Below, one piece after another: positions 1-9,811 of a DNA stretch of 64,000 nt. Under the pieces are notes generated by a model. The model searched no databases and had not been told where the DNA came from. It worked only from the letters and a program-made list of their open reading frames with translations. The stretch lies in assembly GCA_947490345.1 (NCBI GenBank), contig CANLGL010000006.1:52699-116698 (forward strand). The letters are read 5' to 3'. A program made the position numbers and the translations under genes. How positions within the stretch are numbered: the first letter of the stretch is position 1; each line of letters opens with the position of its first letter. The DNA comes from Deltaproteobacteria bacterium (GTDB lineage Bacteria; Myxococcota_A; UBA796; SXON01).

Positions 1-464
1 GTCTTGATCCGCGTCCACAGCGCGGCGTCGAAGGGGTCCTCGCAGTCGTTGGTGTAGTGCTGGACCACATCGAACTGAAGCTTGTTGTAGTCCTCCAACA
101 TCCCCCGCGGAACCCGGATGTCCGCCAGCCCGGAGAGGACATTGTCCGCGGTGAGCGTGACCGTGCCGATCGGGTGGTCGTTGACCGAGACCGTCAGGTG
201 GGATCGGTCGGGGATGAGCGCCGCAGAGTGTTCGAACTCGACGTGGACCACCGGATCGGCGATGAGGGTCCAGCCTTTGGGCCGGGTGAAGGTGATGCTG
301 CGCGTGGCATGCACCCCGTCCAGACGAAGGTCGTCACCGAGGAAGAACTCATCGGCCAATGACGCCTGGTACACACCGGAGGCAGCCGGGAACTCACTCG
401 GAGCGGCGCTGGCCGGGGACACGAGCCCCAGAAGCAGGACAAGGCAGAAGGGAAGATTACGCAT
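1..464 (-). CDS. bcsB: Cellulose synthase periplasmic subunit BcsB (5' part, runs off the window edge; absent from the ORF track)
   Basis: Manual translation from ATG at 464: MRNLPFCLVLLLGLVSPASA (signal peptide)...DRSHLTVSVNDHPIGTV...QHYTNDCEDPFDAALWTRIK. The HYT..CEDP....LW motif is typical of BcsB, and the gene lies downstream of bcsA. Confidence 0.85.
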   Translation of the reverse strand, partial: MRNLPFCLVLLLGLVSPASAAPSEFPAASGVYQASLADEFFLGDDLRLDGVHATRSITFTRPKGWTLIADPVVHVEFEHSAALIPDRSHLTVSVNDHPIGTVTLTADNVLSGLADIRVPRGMLEDYNKLQFDVVQHYTNDCEDPFDAALWTRIK

Positions 465-1056
465 TGTTGAGCTCCTCGCCGGCCTGTGAGAGGACGGCGT
501 AAACGGATTCCAGTCGTTGAGAAAGCTCGCTCGGGCTGACGCCAGAGCTGAGCTGAAAACGAATCGAGGCGAGTTCGAGGACGGCCGAGTGAAGCTTCAC
601 CTCGACCCCGGCCAGGTGGGGGGCTCGGTCCTGCTCCCCGTAGATCTGCCAATGCTGGCGGCAAGCCGACAAACGGTCGTTCCAATCGGGCGTCAACGCG
701 CCCCCTTCCCCCAGCGTTCCCCGCATCTCGTCTGCGAGTCCGACCAGGTCGTTGCGGGCGCGACGCAGCTCGTCGGAGCGCTCCACGTGGACCGACGTCG
801 TCCACCCGCTGTGCTGCGAAGGGACCGAAAAGGGCCTCGTGACGGGCTCCCACCAGAAGAAGAGCACCAGCGCCAGGGCGACCAGCGCCATCGGCGCGGG
901 CAGGGACTCGAGGAAGCTCGGCCGATCATCCACCTCGTCAAGTCGATCCTCGCCGCGAGCCCGGATGCCCGGCCAGGCGCAGCGGCACACCCGACAGATG
1001 GGCGCGGGAACGAGGTTGGTCGTCCGGCAGAGGGGGCACTCCCACTCGGTATTCAT
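457..1056 (-). CDS. Hypothetical membrane protein: N-terminal RanBP2-like Zn ribbon, one TM helix, C-terminal helical domain
   Basis: ATG at 1056 overlaps the bcsA stop (ATGA) and its stop overlaps the bcsB start. Contains WECPLC..N......CRVC and the hydrophobic stretch ALVALALVLFFWW. Confidence 0.75.
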   Translation of the reverse strand: MNTEWECPLCRTTNLVPAPICRVCRCAWPGIRARGEDRLDEVDDRPSFLESLPAPMALVALALVLFFWWEPVTRPFSVPSQHSGWTTSVHVERSDELRRARNDLVGLADEMRGTLGEGGALTPDWNDRLSACRQHWQIYGEQDRAPHLAGVEVKLHSAVLELASIRFQLSSGVSPSELSQRLESVYAVLSQAGEELNNA

Positions 1057-3197
1057 GCGTCGGCCTGCCGCTCGTCGTCGCGAAGGCTCAACACCAATGC
1101 GCGCCACGGAGCATAGACCACCGTCAAAAGCGATTGGAGCGGGTGCTGACTGAGCGGGCGGTGCGTCCACGAGTCGGGCTCGGAGAACATCAACTCCACC
1201 AGCTTTGCCTCCTCGTCGCGCGGGAGGTCTTGGAACTCGACCCGCAAGTCGGCCTCCCCTTCGGAGCGGAAGCGCCTGACGACCACCCCGACCGCACCGC
1301 GAATAGCGGAGAAGCCGCCCTCCACATCGACCACGACGTCGTGGACGTCCACCGGAAAGCTCGGCAAGCGCAGCCGTACGCCGCCCTCGCTGATGTCGAC
1401 CGTCTCGCCGACCATGACTCCGAGTTCCGGCCGCTCGGGTACGTGCACGCGAACCAGGTGCTCACGCCGCACGCGCCAGGTCTTCCGACGTTGGGGTCGT
1501 TCGAGCGCCACCATGACTGCTGCGGAGAGGATCGCTACGTTGTAGAGGTTCCACAACGCGGTAACCAGCAGCGTCCCACGCTCGTCAGGGTACATTTCCC
1601 AACGAGCCGGGGTGACGATGAGTCCGGCGATGCACAGCAGGAGCAGCAAGAGGTTTGGCGCCGCATGGCGCAGGTCGTATGCGGCGCGATCGAGCTGGCT
1701 GCCCTTGACGGTCACGTTGAACGAACCACTCCGCGGAGCGATGAACGCCATCGTCGTGACCACGGCCGTATACGGGGCGAGAGAGGTCTCGTACACCTCG
1801 GCCCAAAAGGCGTGACGAACCGAGCGGGCCACCGCGAGGCCGCCGATCAGGCTCAGGAAGATGTGCGGCATGCCGTACGCGATGACTTCCCACGGGTTCG
1901 CCCGGAGGGGGTGAATGCCGAAAAGCAGGAACACCGTCGGCGCGGTCAGGTAGACCATTCGCGGAATACCAAACTGGAAATGTTGGATCGCGTTGAGGTA
2001 GTTGAGCCGCTGCGCCCAGGTGAGCCCCCGCTTGAAAAGCGGATTGTCGAGCCGGAGGATTTGGGTCATCCCCCTGGCCCAGCGCATTCGTTGGGCCACG
2101 TGGAAGGCGTAGCGCTCAGTGGCGAGGCCGGCGGCTTGGGGAATGTCCAGATACGCGGAGCGCCAGCCCTCCGCGTGAAGCCGGAGCGCGGTGTGGGCGT
2201 CCTCCGTGACGGTCTCCACCGCGATCCCGCCCACGCTCTCAATCGCCGTCCGGCGCAGGACCGCGCAGCTCCCACAGAAGAATGCCGAATTCCAGAAGTC
2301 GTTCCCGATCTGGACGGCGTGGTAGAACATCTCCTGTTCAGGCGGGACGATGTCCTCGAGCCACAGGTTTCGCTCGAAGGGATCGGGGTTGTAGAAGTGG
2401 TGGGGAGTCTGGACCAGGCCGCAGCGCGGGTCACGAATCAAGAAACCCATCGTCAGCCGCAAAAAGCTGCGTACCGGCACGTGATCGCAATCGAAGATGG
2501 CGATGTACTCGCCCGTGGTGACCTTCAGCGCCGCGTTGATGTTCCCGGCCTTGGCATGGCGGTTGTCGCCGCGGGTCAGGTACTCGACACCCAGTTCGGC
2601 GGCCAGCGCCTTCATTTCTGGGCGACGGCCGTCATCCAAGACGTAGACCACCTTTCGGGGCCAATCGATGGCGCGGGCGCCGATGATCGTGCGCCTTACG
2701 ATCTCCACCCCTTCGTTGAAGGTGGGAATGTAGACATCGACCGAGGGCAGCGCCTCGTCGGCGGGTAGGGCCAACGGGACCCGCGGCTGCATGATCGAGG
2801 TCTGGAAATAGCCCAGGATCAGGACGCCGACGCCGTAGATCTCCGCCCCGTACAACAGAATGCTGAGCACCGCGTCGGCGGGATTGTCGAGGGCAAGCGT
2901 CGCGAGCCCACGCCACACGACGTAGCGCACCGACATGCAAACGCTCAACAGCGCGACCGCCAGCCGCCAGTTCGGCAGCCGGCGCAGCGTCCACACCGAA
3001 ACCGCCATCACCACCGCAGAGATGATGGCGTGAGACCGGAGAGGCAGCTCTGCGAAGGCGAAGATGCATGCCGGTAGCAGCGAGAAGACCACGCAGGTAG
3101 CGAGCAAAACAGGCGACGCCACCGCCTCCCGCATGAGGCGATCAATCGTGGCCGTGAACGGCGACGAAACGGGGGAGTCCGGCTTGATTACGTCCAA
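1053..3197 (-). CDS. bcsA: Cellulose synthase catalytic subunit (GT2 + PilZ)
   Basis: Motifs DDG, HAKAGN, DCDH, FFCGS, TED and QRMRW; multiple TM helices; C-terminal PilZ motifs RKTWR and DISEGG. Confidence 0.95.
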   Translation of the reverse strand: MDVIKPDSPVSSPFTATIDRLMREAVASPVLLATCVVFSLLPACIFAFAELPLRSHAIISAVVMAVSVWTLRRLPNWRLAVALLSVCMSVRYVVWRGLATLALDNPADAVLSILLYGAEIYGVGVLILGYFQTSIMQPRVPLALPADEALPSVDVYIPTFNEGVEIVRRTIIGARAIDWPRKVVYVLDDGRRPEMKALAAELGVEYLTRGDNRHAKAGNINAALKVTTGEYIAIFDCDHVPVRSFLRLTMGFLIRDPRCGLVQTPHHFYNPDPFERNLWLEDIVPPEQEMFYHAVQIGNDFWNSAFFCGSCAVLRRTAIESVGGIAVETVTEDAHTALRLHAEGWRSAYLDIPQAAGLATERYAFHVAQRMRWARGMTQILRLDNPLFKRGLTWAQRLNYLNAIQHFQFGIPRMVYLTAPTVFLLFGIHPLRANPWEVIAYGMPHIFLSLIGGLAVARSVRHAFWAEVYETSLAPYTAVVTTMAFIAPRSGSFNVTVKGSQLDRAAYDLRHAAPNLLLLLLCIAGLIVTPARWEMYPDERGTLLVTALWNLYNVAILSAAVMVALERPQRRKTWRVRREHLVRVHVPERPELGVMVGETVDISEGGVRLRLPSFPVDVHDVVVDVEGGFSAIRGAVGVVVRRFRSEGEADLRVEFQDLPRDEEAKLVELMFSEPDSWTHRPLSQHPLQSLLTVVYAPWRALVLSLRDDERQADA

Positions 3198-3376
3198 CGA
3201 TGGTCGCTTTTCGCGCCATCATACTGATGACGCACAGGTGCGTAAAGTGCGGCAGCCTGACGCGCCGCTTTCGAGCCTGACCACTATCGTGATACCGTGC
3301 GCATTATCGTGCGCTCACTGCGAGTTCGAAATTCCCGACCTGGCGCGGCCCGGCTCGCCACGGCCCTGCGGCGCCT

Positions 3377-4915
3377 ATGACCCAGGATCCTGCCGCCCAG
3401 CCCGATCGTGACCCGCTGATCGGGCGCACCGTCGACGGGCGCTATCGGGTGATTTCGGCGCTCGCGCGCGGCGGCATGAGCCGGGTGTACCGGGCCGAAC
3501 AGCATCCGTTGGGACGAACAGTCGCGCTCAAGGTGCTGGCGGTGTCCGGTGATGACGAGCAGGAGGCTGAGTTCCGGCGCCGCTTTCAGCTTGAGGCCTC
3601 GGTCAGCGCGCGGCTGACCCATCCCAACACCGTGCGCGTCTTCGATCACGGCGCGGTCGGCGACGAGCTGCTCTATATCGTCATGGAGTACCTGGACGGG
3701 CGCACCCTGCACCAGGTCATCAAGGCCGAAGCCCCGTTGTCCGCCGCCAGGGTGGTCAACCTCGCTCGGCAGATGTGCGGCTCGTTGCGCGAGGCGCACT
3801 CGCTCAGCCTCATCCACCGCGATCTCAAGCCAGCCAACGTGGTGCTGATGCGTCACGGTGACGACGAAGACTTCGTCAAGGTGCTTGATTTCGGCCTGGT
3901 CAAGCAACTTCGCACTGACGATGAACTCACCGGCGTGGACGCGGTCGTCGGTTCACCCTCGTTCATGTCGCCCGAGCAGATCCGGGCTGAGCGGCTCGAC
4001 GCCCGGACCGACATCTACTCTCTCGGCGTGATCCTGTACGCGTGCGTGGCGGGGAAGCCCCCGTTTGTGGCGGATACCTCGGTCGGCGTGCTGCTTGCTC
4101 ACCTCAATCACGAACCTCCGGCGCTCAATCCGAACACTCCCGCGCTCGTGGAGAGCCCGAGTCTGCAGTGGGTGATCCTCACCTGCCTCGCGAAGCGCGC
4201 CGATGACCGCTTCGCCGACATCGACGAGGTCATTCGCGCGCTGCGGATCTGCGAGGCTGAGCTTCGAGGGGAAGCGTCGGGCCCTTCCAAGCTCTCGGCC
4301 GGTCGAATCGTCCGGGAGGAGGGGCGGGGGTCCCGCCCCGTGCGCGGCGCGGCGCCGAACGAGCCGAGCGGGTCGACGCTCATCTCCGCCATCCGCAGCC
4401 GGCGAGGCCCACTCTTGGCGGCTACCGGCGCCTTCGCCGGGCTGGCGATGGTCGGGGCCCTCGTCCTGACCCTGGCCGTTGGACTGTGGTGGCGGAAACA
4501 TCGCACGGTCGAGCCAACGGGGGTGGTCGCGACGTCCGAGGTGGCGGTCCCCCTGGCCCCGGTCGGTCCCGTGCGCGTTTCAACCCTCCCCGACGGCGCA
4601 CGCCTGAGTCGCAGCGGCGTGGCACTGGGCCTGGCCCCGCTGGACGTGGCCATCCCCCAGGGTGAGGTCTGGGAGATCAGCGCGGAGGCGGAGGGCTACG
4701 CGACCAGCACCGTGAGGGTGCCGTGGGATGCCCAGCGCCAGCAGATGGTGCTTCGCGCCGACGCCGAACCCACGCGAGCCCGAACGACGACCGCCCGGGG
4801 CGACGCGCCCGATGAGGCCGAGGAGGAGCAGGAGGATCTCGTCGAAGCACCCGCCGCACCCACCCCAACCAAGTCCCCCAGCTCCGGGGACTTGAAGGAC
4901 CCGTGGTCACCGTGA
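3377..4915 (+). CDS. Membrane Ser/Thr protein kinase with C-terminal PEGA-like domain
   Basis: ARGGMSRVY, VALK, HRDLKPAN, DFG and SPE motifs; TM helix; VRVSTLPDGARLSRSG..LGLAPL. Confidence 0.92.
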   Translation: MTQDPAAQPDRDPLIGRTVDGRYRVISALARGGMSRVYRAEQHPLGRTVALKVLAVSGDDEQEAEFRRRFQLEASVSARLTHPNTVRVFDHGAVGDELLYIVMEYLDGRTLHQVIKAEAPLSAARVVNLARQMCGSLREAHSLSLIHRDLKPANVVLMRHGDDEDFVKVLDFGLVKQLRTDDELTGVDAVVGSPSFMSPEQIRAERLDARTDIYSLGVILYACVAGKPPFVADTSVGVLLAHLNHEPPALNPNTPALVESPSLQWVILTCLAKRADDRFADIDEVIRALRICEAELRGEASGPSKLSAGRIVREEGRGSRPVRGAAPNEPSGSTLISAIRSRRGPLLAATGAFAGLAMVGALVLTLAVGLWWRKHRTVEPTGVVATSEVAVPLAPVGPVRVSTLPDGARLSRSGVALGLAPLDVAIPQGEVWEISAEAEGYATSTVRVPWDAQRQQMVLRADAEPTRARTTTARGDAPDEAEEEQEDLVEAPAAPTPTKSPSSGDLKDPWSP

Positions 4916-5634
4916 CCCTGCTCCTCATCGCGCTATGGTGCGCCGCCCAAGCTGGGGAAGGCGATGATGCGCGCGCGCGGGAGCTGTACGAAAACGGCGC
5001 CATCCTCTACGAGGAGGGGCGCTACGAGGACGCCGTGATCGCGTTCGAAGAGGCCTACCGCCTCAGCGGCCGCCCGGCGCTGTTGTTCAACATCGCCAAC
5101 GCCCTGGAGCGCACCGGGCGTTGGGACGAGGCCCTCGACGTGCTGTCTCGCTACCGCGCGTACGCCCCGGCTGACGAGCGGGAGACCCTCGACCGGCGCA
5201 TCACCAACCTCGAGCGCCGGGTCGCCGCCAACAGACAGGGGCGGCCGCCGCAGGAGGCACCGCCTGACGTGGTTGGCACCGCTGCGCCGCTGCCCCCGCG
5301 CACCACAACCTCGCCCTTCGTCCAGCCGGTGCCGCTGGCGCTGACCGGCGTCGGAGTGCTGTCGCTCGGGACCGGCGCCCTCCTCGGCGGCCTGTCGGTG
5401 GGTGCGCACGCGGACGCAGCGTCCGGATGCGCCAGCGACGCCGGGGGCGCCCTCCGCTGCACGGAGACGGCATCGACCGCGCTGGCGGACGAGGCGGGGC
5501 TCGCGCTGGCGGCCGACGTGCTCTTCGGGGTGGGCGTGGTTGGGCTCGGGGCCGGGCTGGGATTGGCGCTGTTCGGCGAGGGCGGCGTCATCTCGGTCGG
5601 GCCGGGCTACCTCCTGGTGGCGGGAGAATTCTGA
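4912..5634 (+). CDS. Secreted/membrane TPR protein
   Basis: GTGA overlap with the kinase stop; TPR-like ARELYENG..LYEEGRYEDAV.AFEEAY....PALLFNIA; C-terminal hydrophobic helices. Confidence 0.85.
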   Translation: MTLLLIALWCAAQAGEGDDARARELYENGAILYEEGRYEDAVIAFEEAYRLSGRPALLFNIANALERTGRWDEALDVLSRYRAYAPADERETLDRRITNLERRVAANRQGRPPQEAPPDVVGTAAPLPPRTTTSPFVQPVPLALTGVGVLSLGTGALLGGLSVGAHADAASGCASDAGGALRCTETASTALADEAGLALAADVLFGVGVVGLGAGLGLALFGEGGVISVGPGYLLVAGEF

Positions 5635-7046
5635 TGCTCATCCTCGCCCTTGGCGCCTGCAGCCTCGGTGTGACCGAATGGACGGCATGTGACGCGCCCG
5701 CGCAATGCCGCGAGGCCTTCGGCTTCGGACACACCTGTGGCGACGCCGGGTTCTGCGTGGCCACCGGCCACGAACCCCGATGCGACGCGACGTGGCCCGA
5801 GGACCTGCTGCTGCGGCCCGAGGAGTACACCGACGTCCTGGTGGTCGGGAGCCTCTTCGACCATACGACGGACCTCCCCGAGCTGTTGTCGACGCGCCTG
5901 GCCGTGAAGCAAGCCGATGAAAGCGATGGCGTCGATGGCCGCACCGTGGGACTGGTGCAGTGCAGTTACGCCGAGGACGCCCAGTTGGACGGGCTCACGG
6001 CCGACGAAGCAGCGGTAGCGATGGCCGACCACCTCGTTTCACTCGGCGCCTACGCGATCGTGGGGCCGGCCACCTCTGGCGTCACCGAAGCCGTCTACAA
6101 TCGCGTCGCGACCCGTCCATTGTTCATTTCGCCCTCGGCCACGAGCCCGGCGCTTACCTACCTCGACGCGCCCGACCGGCCCGAGGGCGGGGCGGGGTTG
6201 TTGTGGCGCACCGCGCCGCCGGACTCCCTGCAAGGGAAGGTGCTCGCCGACCTCGTGGCCGATGCCCTGGGCAACGGGGGCCAGCACGTCGCGTTGGTGT
6301 ACCAACTGGGGCCCTACGGCGAAGGCCTCGCCGAGGTTTTCGTGGAGAATTGGGCCAGCGACACCCACCTGGCCGACCGGCTGTCCTACGAGAGCGACAC
6401 GGAGCGCGCCAGCGCGGCGAGTGCGGCCGCGGACGCCACCTACGACGCCATCGTCTTCATCTCCAGCGATCTTCCCGACGTCAGCTCCTTCCTCGCTAGC
6501 CTCGCCGCGGACGGCGACGTGCCCCAGACGCCGATCTTCCTGGCTGACGCTGCCCGCGACGCCGAGCTCCTCGCCGACACCATCGACACGGACGCCGAAG
6601 CGCTGTGGCCCAACATCAGCGGCACCTCCCCGGCCGTGCCGTCCGGCGACCAGTATGATGCCTTTGCCGCTGCGTATTCCGGAGAGTTCGACGGGAAGTC
6701 GGCCAGCGACTCCTCTTACGCGGCGTACGCGTACGACGCCGCGTGGCTGACGCTGTACGGCGCGTCGTGGGCGCTGAGCGCAGACGGCGCGGTGACCCCC
6801 GCCGCCGCCGCGGCAGGATTGCGAAACCTCAGTGACAAGGCAGCCGACCGCGTCGAGCTCGGCCCCGTTGACTGGAACCGTGCCCAGGCCGCCCTCGCGG
6901 AGTTCGGCGCCATCGACGCTGTGGGCGCCTCGGGCGAGCTCGATTTCGACCCGGAAACCGAGGAGACCGCCGGACCGATCGAGGTCTGGGGGATCCGGGG
7001 CGGCGACGACCCCGAGTTCTACGTCAAGGCGCTCGTGGCGCCGTGA
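5634..7046 (+). CDS. Lipoprotein, branched-chain amino acid (LivJ-type) substrate-binding fold with Cys-rich N-terminus
   Basis: TGATG overlap fixes the start; MLILALGAC; AIVGPATSG, ISPSATSPALT, WRTAPPDSLQG, YGEGL, AYDAA and GASGELDFD motifs. Confidence 0.88.
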   Translation: MLILALGACSLGVTEWTACDAPAQCREAFGFGHTCGDAGFCVATGHEPRCDATWPEDLLLRPEEYTDVLVVGSLFDHTTDLPELLSTRLAVKQADESDGVDGRTVGLVQCSYAEDAQLDGLTADEAAVAMADHLVSLGAYAIVGPATSGVTEAVYNRVATRPLFISPSATSPALTYLDAPDRPEGGAGLLWRTAPPDSLQGKVLADLVADALGNGGQHVALVYQLGPYGEGLAEVFVENWASDTHLADRLSYESDTERASAASAAADATYDAIVFISSDLPDVSSFLASLAADGDVPQTPIFLADAARDAELLADTIDTDAEALWPNISGTSPAVPSGDQYDAFAAAYSGEFDGKSASDSSYAAYAYDAAWLTLYGASWALSADGAVTPAAAAAGLRNLSDKAADRVELGPVDWNRAQAALAEFGAIDAVGASGELDFDPETEETAGPIEVWGIRGGDDPEFYVKALVAP

Positions 7047-7678
7047 ACGGTGGGTGGGCGCTGTACGTTGCACTCGGCTGCGGCGTCGACTCGGCGACGG
7101 CGCTCCAAGCGGGCCTGCGTGACCGCGATTGCTCGGCGATCGCGGATGAGCGCGTGCGGGACCAATGCCTCGTCGAGCTCCTCCAGTGCGACGGCATCGC
7201 CGGCGAGCGCGCGCGCGCAGAATGCGCGTTCCGAGACGCCGAGGCCACCGGCAGTGCGGCCCGCTGTGCCGACGCCGGCGATTGGGTCGACGACTGTCGG
7301 ATGCACTTGTGGACCGCCTCCTTCGCGACCTGGGCGCCGAAGGCTGCCGCGCCCGGTCACGCCGATGAGCTGGCCGCGCGCGAGCTGGCTCGGTTTGGAT
7401 TCTCGCCAGACGATCCTCGCCCCTGGTCGGCGTGGTACCGCTGGCTCCTGGGCCGCTCGCGCCCCCTGGACCGCGCCGCCTGCCGTACCATTTCCGACCC
7501 CCAACGAGCGGAAGCGTGTCTGAAGACAGGCCTCGCCTACTACGACGATCTCTTGAACATGGCGCGCGACCGAAAGCTCTATCCGTGCGATGGCAGCCCG
7601 CTCCCAGCGGTGCTGCAGTACACGCCCGATCCTGAACTCGACGCCCTGCGCGCGCGCCGGAGCGACCTGTGCCCTTGA
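7043..7678 (+). CDS. Cys-rich hypothetical lipoprotein
   Basis: GTGA overlap; lipobox ALGC; repeated C..I.D...R..C helical units. Confidence 0.7.
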   Translation: MNGGWALYVALGCGVDSATALQAGLRDRDCSAIADERVRDQCLVELLQCDGIAGERARAECAFRDAEATGSAARCADAGDWVDDCRMHLWTASFATWAPKAAAPGHADELAARELARFGFSPDDPRPWSAWYRWLLGRSRPLDRAACRTISDPQRAEACLKTGLAYYDDLLNMARDRKLYPCDGSPLPAVLQYTPDPELDALRARRSDLCP

Positions 7679-8484
7679 TGCTCGCCCTGTGGATCGGCTG
7701 TCAGGTCTCCGAAGCCGACGCGTGGCAGCGCGCGACCCAGGGGGGCCTGCCCTTGGCGGCGGCGCTTGAGGCCTGCGACGCGACGGGCGCGCGCGCGGAG
7801 GCGTGTGCTGCCGAGGTCTTGCGAGGACAGCGTGGGGCGACCACGGCCGACTGTGCCGGAATCAAGAGTGCGACGTGGCGCGCCGAGTGTTCGTTCGCAG
7901 TCGCAGAGCGGCACGCCCGTGCCCACCGGCGGGCCGAGGCGTTGGCGGCGTGCGGTCAGGCTGGCCGTTACTACCACGAGTGTGTCTACCACGCGTGGAC
8001 CTACGATATCCAAGGATCAATCAAGGGCGGCGGCCGCGCCGCGGCCGAGATCGAGACCGGCCGAGCGCTGGTTGCGTACTGGGGCCAGCTCCAGACCGTA
8101 GGCGGCGACGCCACCCGGCAGATCTGGCTCGATTGGTGGTTCTTTGCGCTGAATCGGAACCAGCCAGCCGACCTCGCCGACTGCGACGGCCTCGCCGAGG
8201 CGGACCAGGCGCTGTGTCGCGACGGCACCTTGGCGTTTGCCGAACGGGCAGTCGCGACCGCGCTCGGCGAGGCTGGACTCACCGCGCGGCGGAAGAGCCG
8301 CGTATGTCGAGGCGCCATCGAGGATGTGGAAGCCCAGTTCCCGAACCTGTATCGAGCCGAAGACGCGATGCGCGAACGCGCGCTCGCCGGACGCATCCGT
8401 GGCTGCACTCCTAGCGCCGGGCCCACCTCCGGTCGCCCGTGGAACCCCATCTTCTTGGAGCACCGCCGATGGCTCGCTGGGTAG
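7678..8484 (+). CDS. Cys-rich hypothetical lipoprotein (similar repeat units to the previous gene)
   Basis: TGATG overlap; MLALWIGC; CAGIKSATWRAECSF..AE and CGQAGRYYHECVYHAW resemble RAECAF..AE and CADAGDWVDDCRMHLW of the upstream ORF. Confidence 0.7.
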   Translation: MLALWIGCQVSEADAWQRATQGGLPLAAALEACDATGARAEACAAEVLRGQRGATTADCAGIKSATWRAECSFAVAERHARAHRRAEALAACGQAGRYYHECVYHAWTYDIQGSIKGGGRAAAEIETGRALVAYWGQLQTVGGDATRQIWLDWWFFALNRNQPADLADCDGLAEADQALCRDGTLAFAERAVATALGEAGLTARRKSRVCRGAIEDVEAQFPNLYRAEDAMRERALAGRIRGCTPSAGPTSGRPWNPIFLEHRRWLAG

Positions 8485-9338
8485 CCGGATGGCTGCTCCT
8501 CGCCGCATGCGGCCTGGTCGGAGCGCGATGGATCCTCCGGCCAGCTCAGGACACCTGGTCTGTGGTGGCGGCGGGCCGCGGGGGCGCCATGCTTTTCGCC
8601 CAGTACACAGTCGCCAACACCGGCGTGTTCGCCGACCAGCTCACCACCCGTGTCGTCTACCTCCGTCCCGACGGCGCGCCGCTCGCCCATCGCGCGATCA
8701 GCGGGCCAGCCACAGTCGACGCGGCCGGGGTGCACGCTCCCGCTGATCGCCTGGAGCTTGGACCGGAAGGCTGGGACGCGCGCGTCGAGGGCGGCGCGCT
8801 GCGGCTGCGCGGCCGAGTGACAGCCGCCGACGGTCCCTGCCCAGCGAGCGTGGGAAAACTCTCCGGCGTCCTTGAGTTCCCCGATGCCAGCGCGAGCAGC
8901 GAGGGAGCCCGTCTGGAGGGACCGGCGCTGGTGGTGCGCACCCACTTCGAGGGGGGGGCAGTCGCGAGCGGCGCGCTGTACGCGATCGACGACTCGGGCG
9001 CGATCATCCTCGATACCCTGTCGCGTTGCCCCGGCACCCTGCTGCTCGATGGACGCGCGGTCGACGTCACCGTTCCCTGGATCAACCCGACGCCGGAAGC
9101 CACCTTCACGCTGACGCTGCGGGGACATCAGGTTGTGGTCGAGCTGCAGGAGCGCTTTCGGGACGAGCCCGCGTTCGACGGAGCGCTGCGCGCCGAGGCC
9201 TGGCTGGCCCTCGCGGTGGGCTACCGGGAGCCCCACGTTCGCACGCAGCGCGTCCGCGTACGGGTAGACGATCGCCCCGCCTGGCACGGCGTCCTGGTGC
9301 TTCGAGACAACTCTGGATCGGTTAGCTCCGAGCCATGA
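8469..9338 (+). CDS. Hypothetical exported/membrane-anchored protein
   Basis: N-terminal hydrophobic segment followed by beta-rich sequence; in operon context. Confidence 0.6.
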   Translation: MARWVAGWLLLAACGLVGARWILRPAQDTWSVVAAGRGGAMLFAQYTVANTGVFADQLTTRVVYLRPDGAPLAHRAISGPATVDAAGVHAPADRLELGPEGWDARVEGGALRLRGRVTAADGPCPASVGKLSGVLEFPDASASSEGARLEGPALVVRTHFEGGAVASGALYAIDDSGAIILDTLSRCPGTLLLDGRAVDVTVPWINPTPEATFTLTLRGHQVVVELQERFRDEPAFDGALRAEAWLALAVGYREPHVRTQRVRVRVDDRPAWHGVLVLRDNSGSVSSEP

Positions 9339-9805
9339 CCGCCATCGTCGCCCTCCTCCTCGCCGCTTCAGCCGCCGAAGCCGGCGACCACCGCGGACGC
9401 TTCGGCTTCGGCTTCCACGCCGGTCTGGGCGACGTCACCGCGCTGTCCGCGCGCTATACACTCCCGACGGCTACGCCCAAGGTAAACGTGCAATTGGAGA
9501 TCAACGGCGGGGTGGCGCTCTCCAGCGAGGCGCCGCTGGGCCTGCTCCTTGGCGGGCGACTGCTGTACGGCGTGGTCGCGGAGGACAACCTGACGCTGTA
9601 CGCCGCGGCCGGTGCGGCCTACGCCCAGGAAGAGTCGTGGACCGGCATTCGGCTGCTACCGGCGATGGGCGCCGAGTTCTTCTTCTTCGGGCTGGAGAAC
9701 CTTGGCTTCGGCGTCGAGTGGGGCTTGCAGATCGACGTCGGCGGCGAGTTTGCGCTGCGCACGGTGTCGGGCGCGCCAGCGGTGACGGTGCATTATTGGT
9801 TCTAG
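9335..9805 (+). CDS. Small outer-membrane beta-barrel protein
   Basis: Signal peptide, alternating Gly/aromatic strands and C-terminal HYWF beta-signal. Confidence 0.75.
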   Translation: MTAIVALLLAASAAEAGDHRGRFGFGFHAGLGDVTALSARYTLPTATPKVNVQLEINGGVALSSEAPLGLLLGGRLLYGVVAEDNLTLYAAAGAAYAQEESWTGIRLLPAMGAEFFFFGLENLGFGVEWGLQIDVGGEFALRTVSGAPAVTVHYWF

Positions 9806-9811
9806 GCCCGG

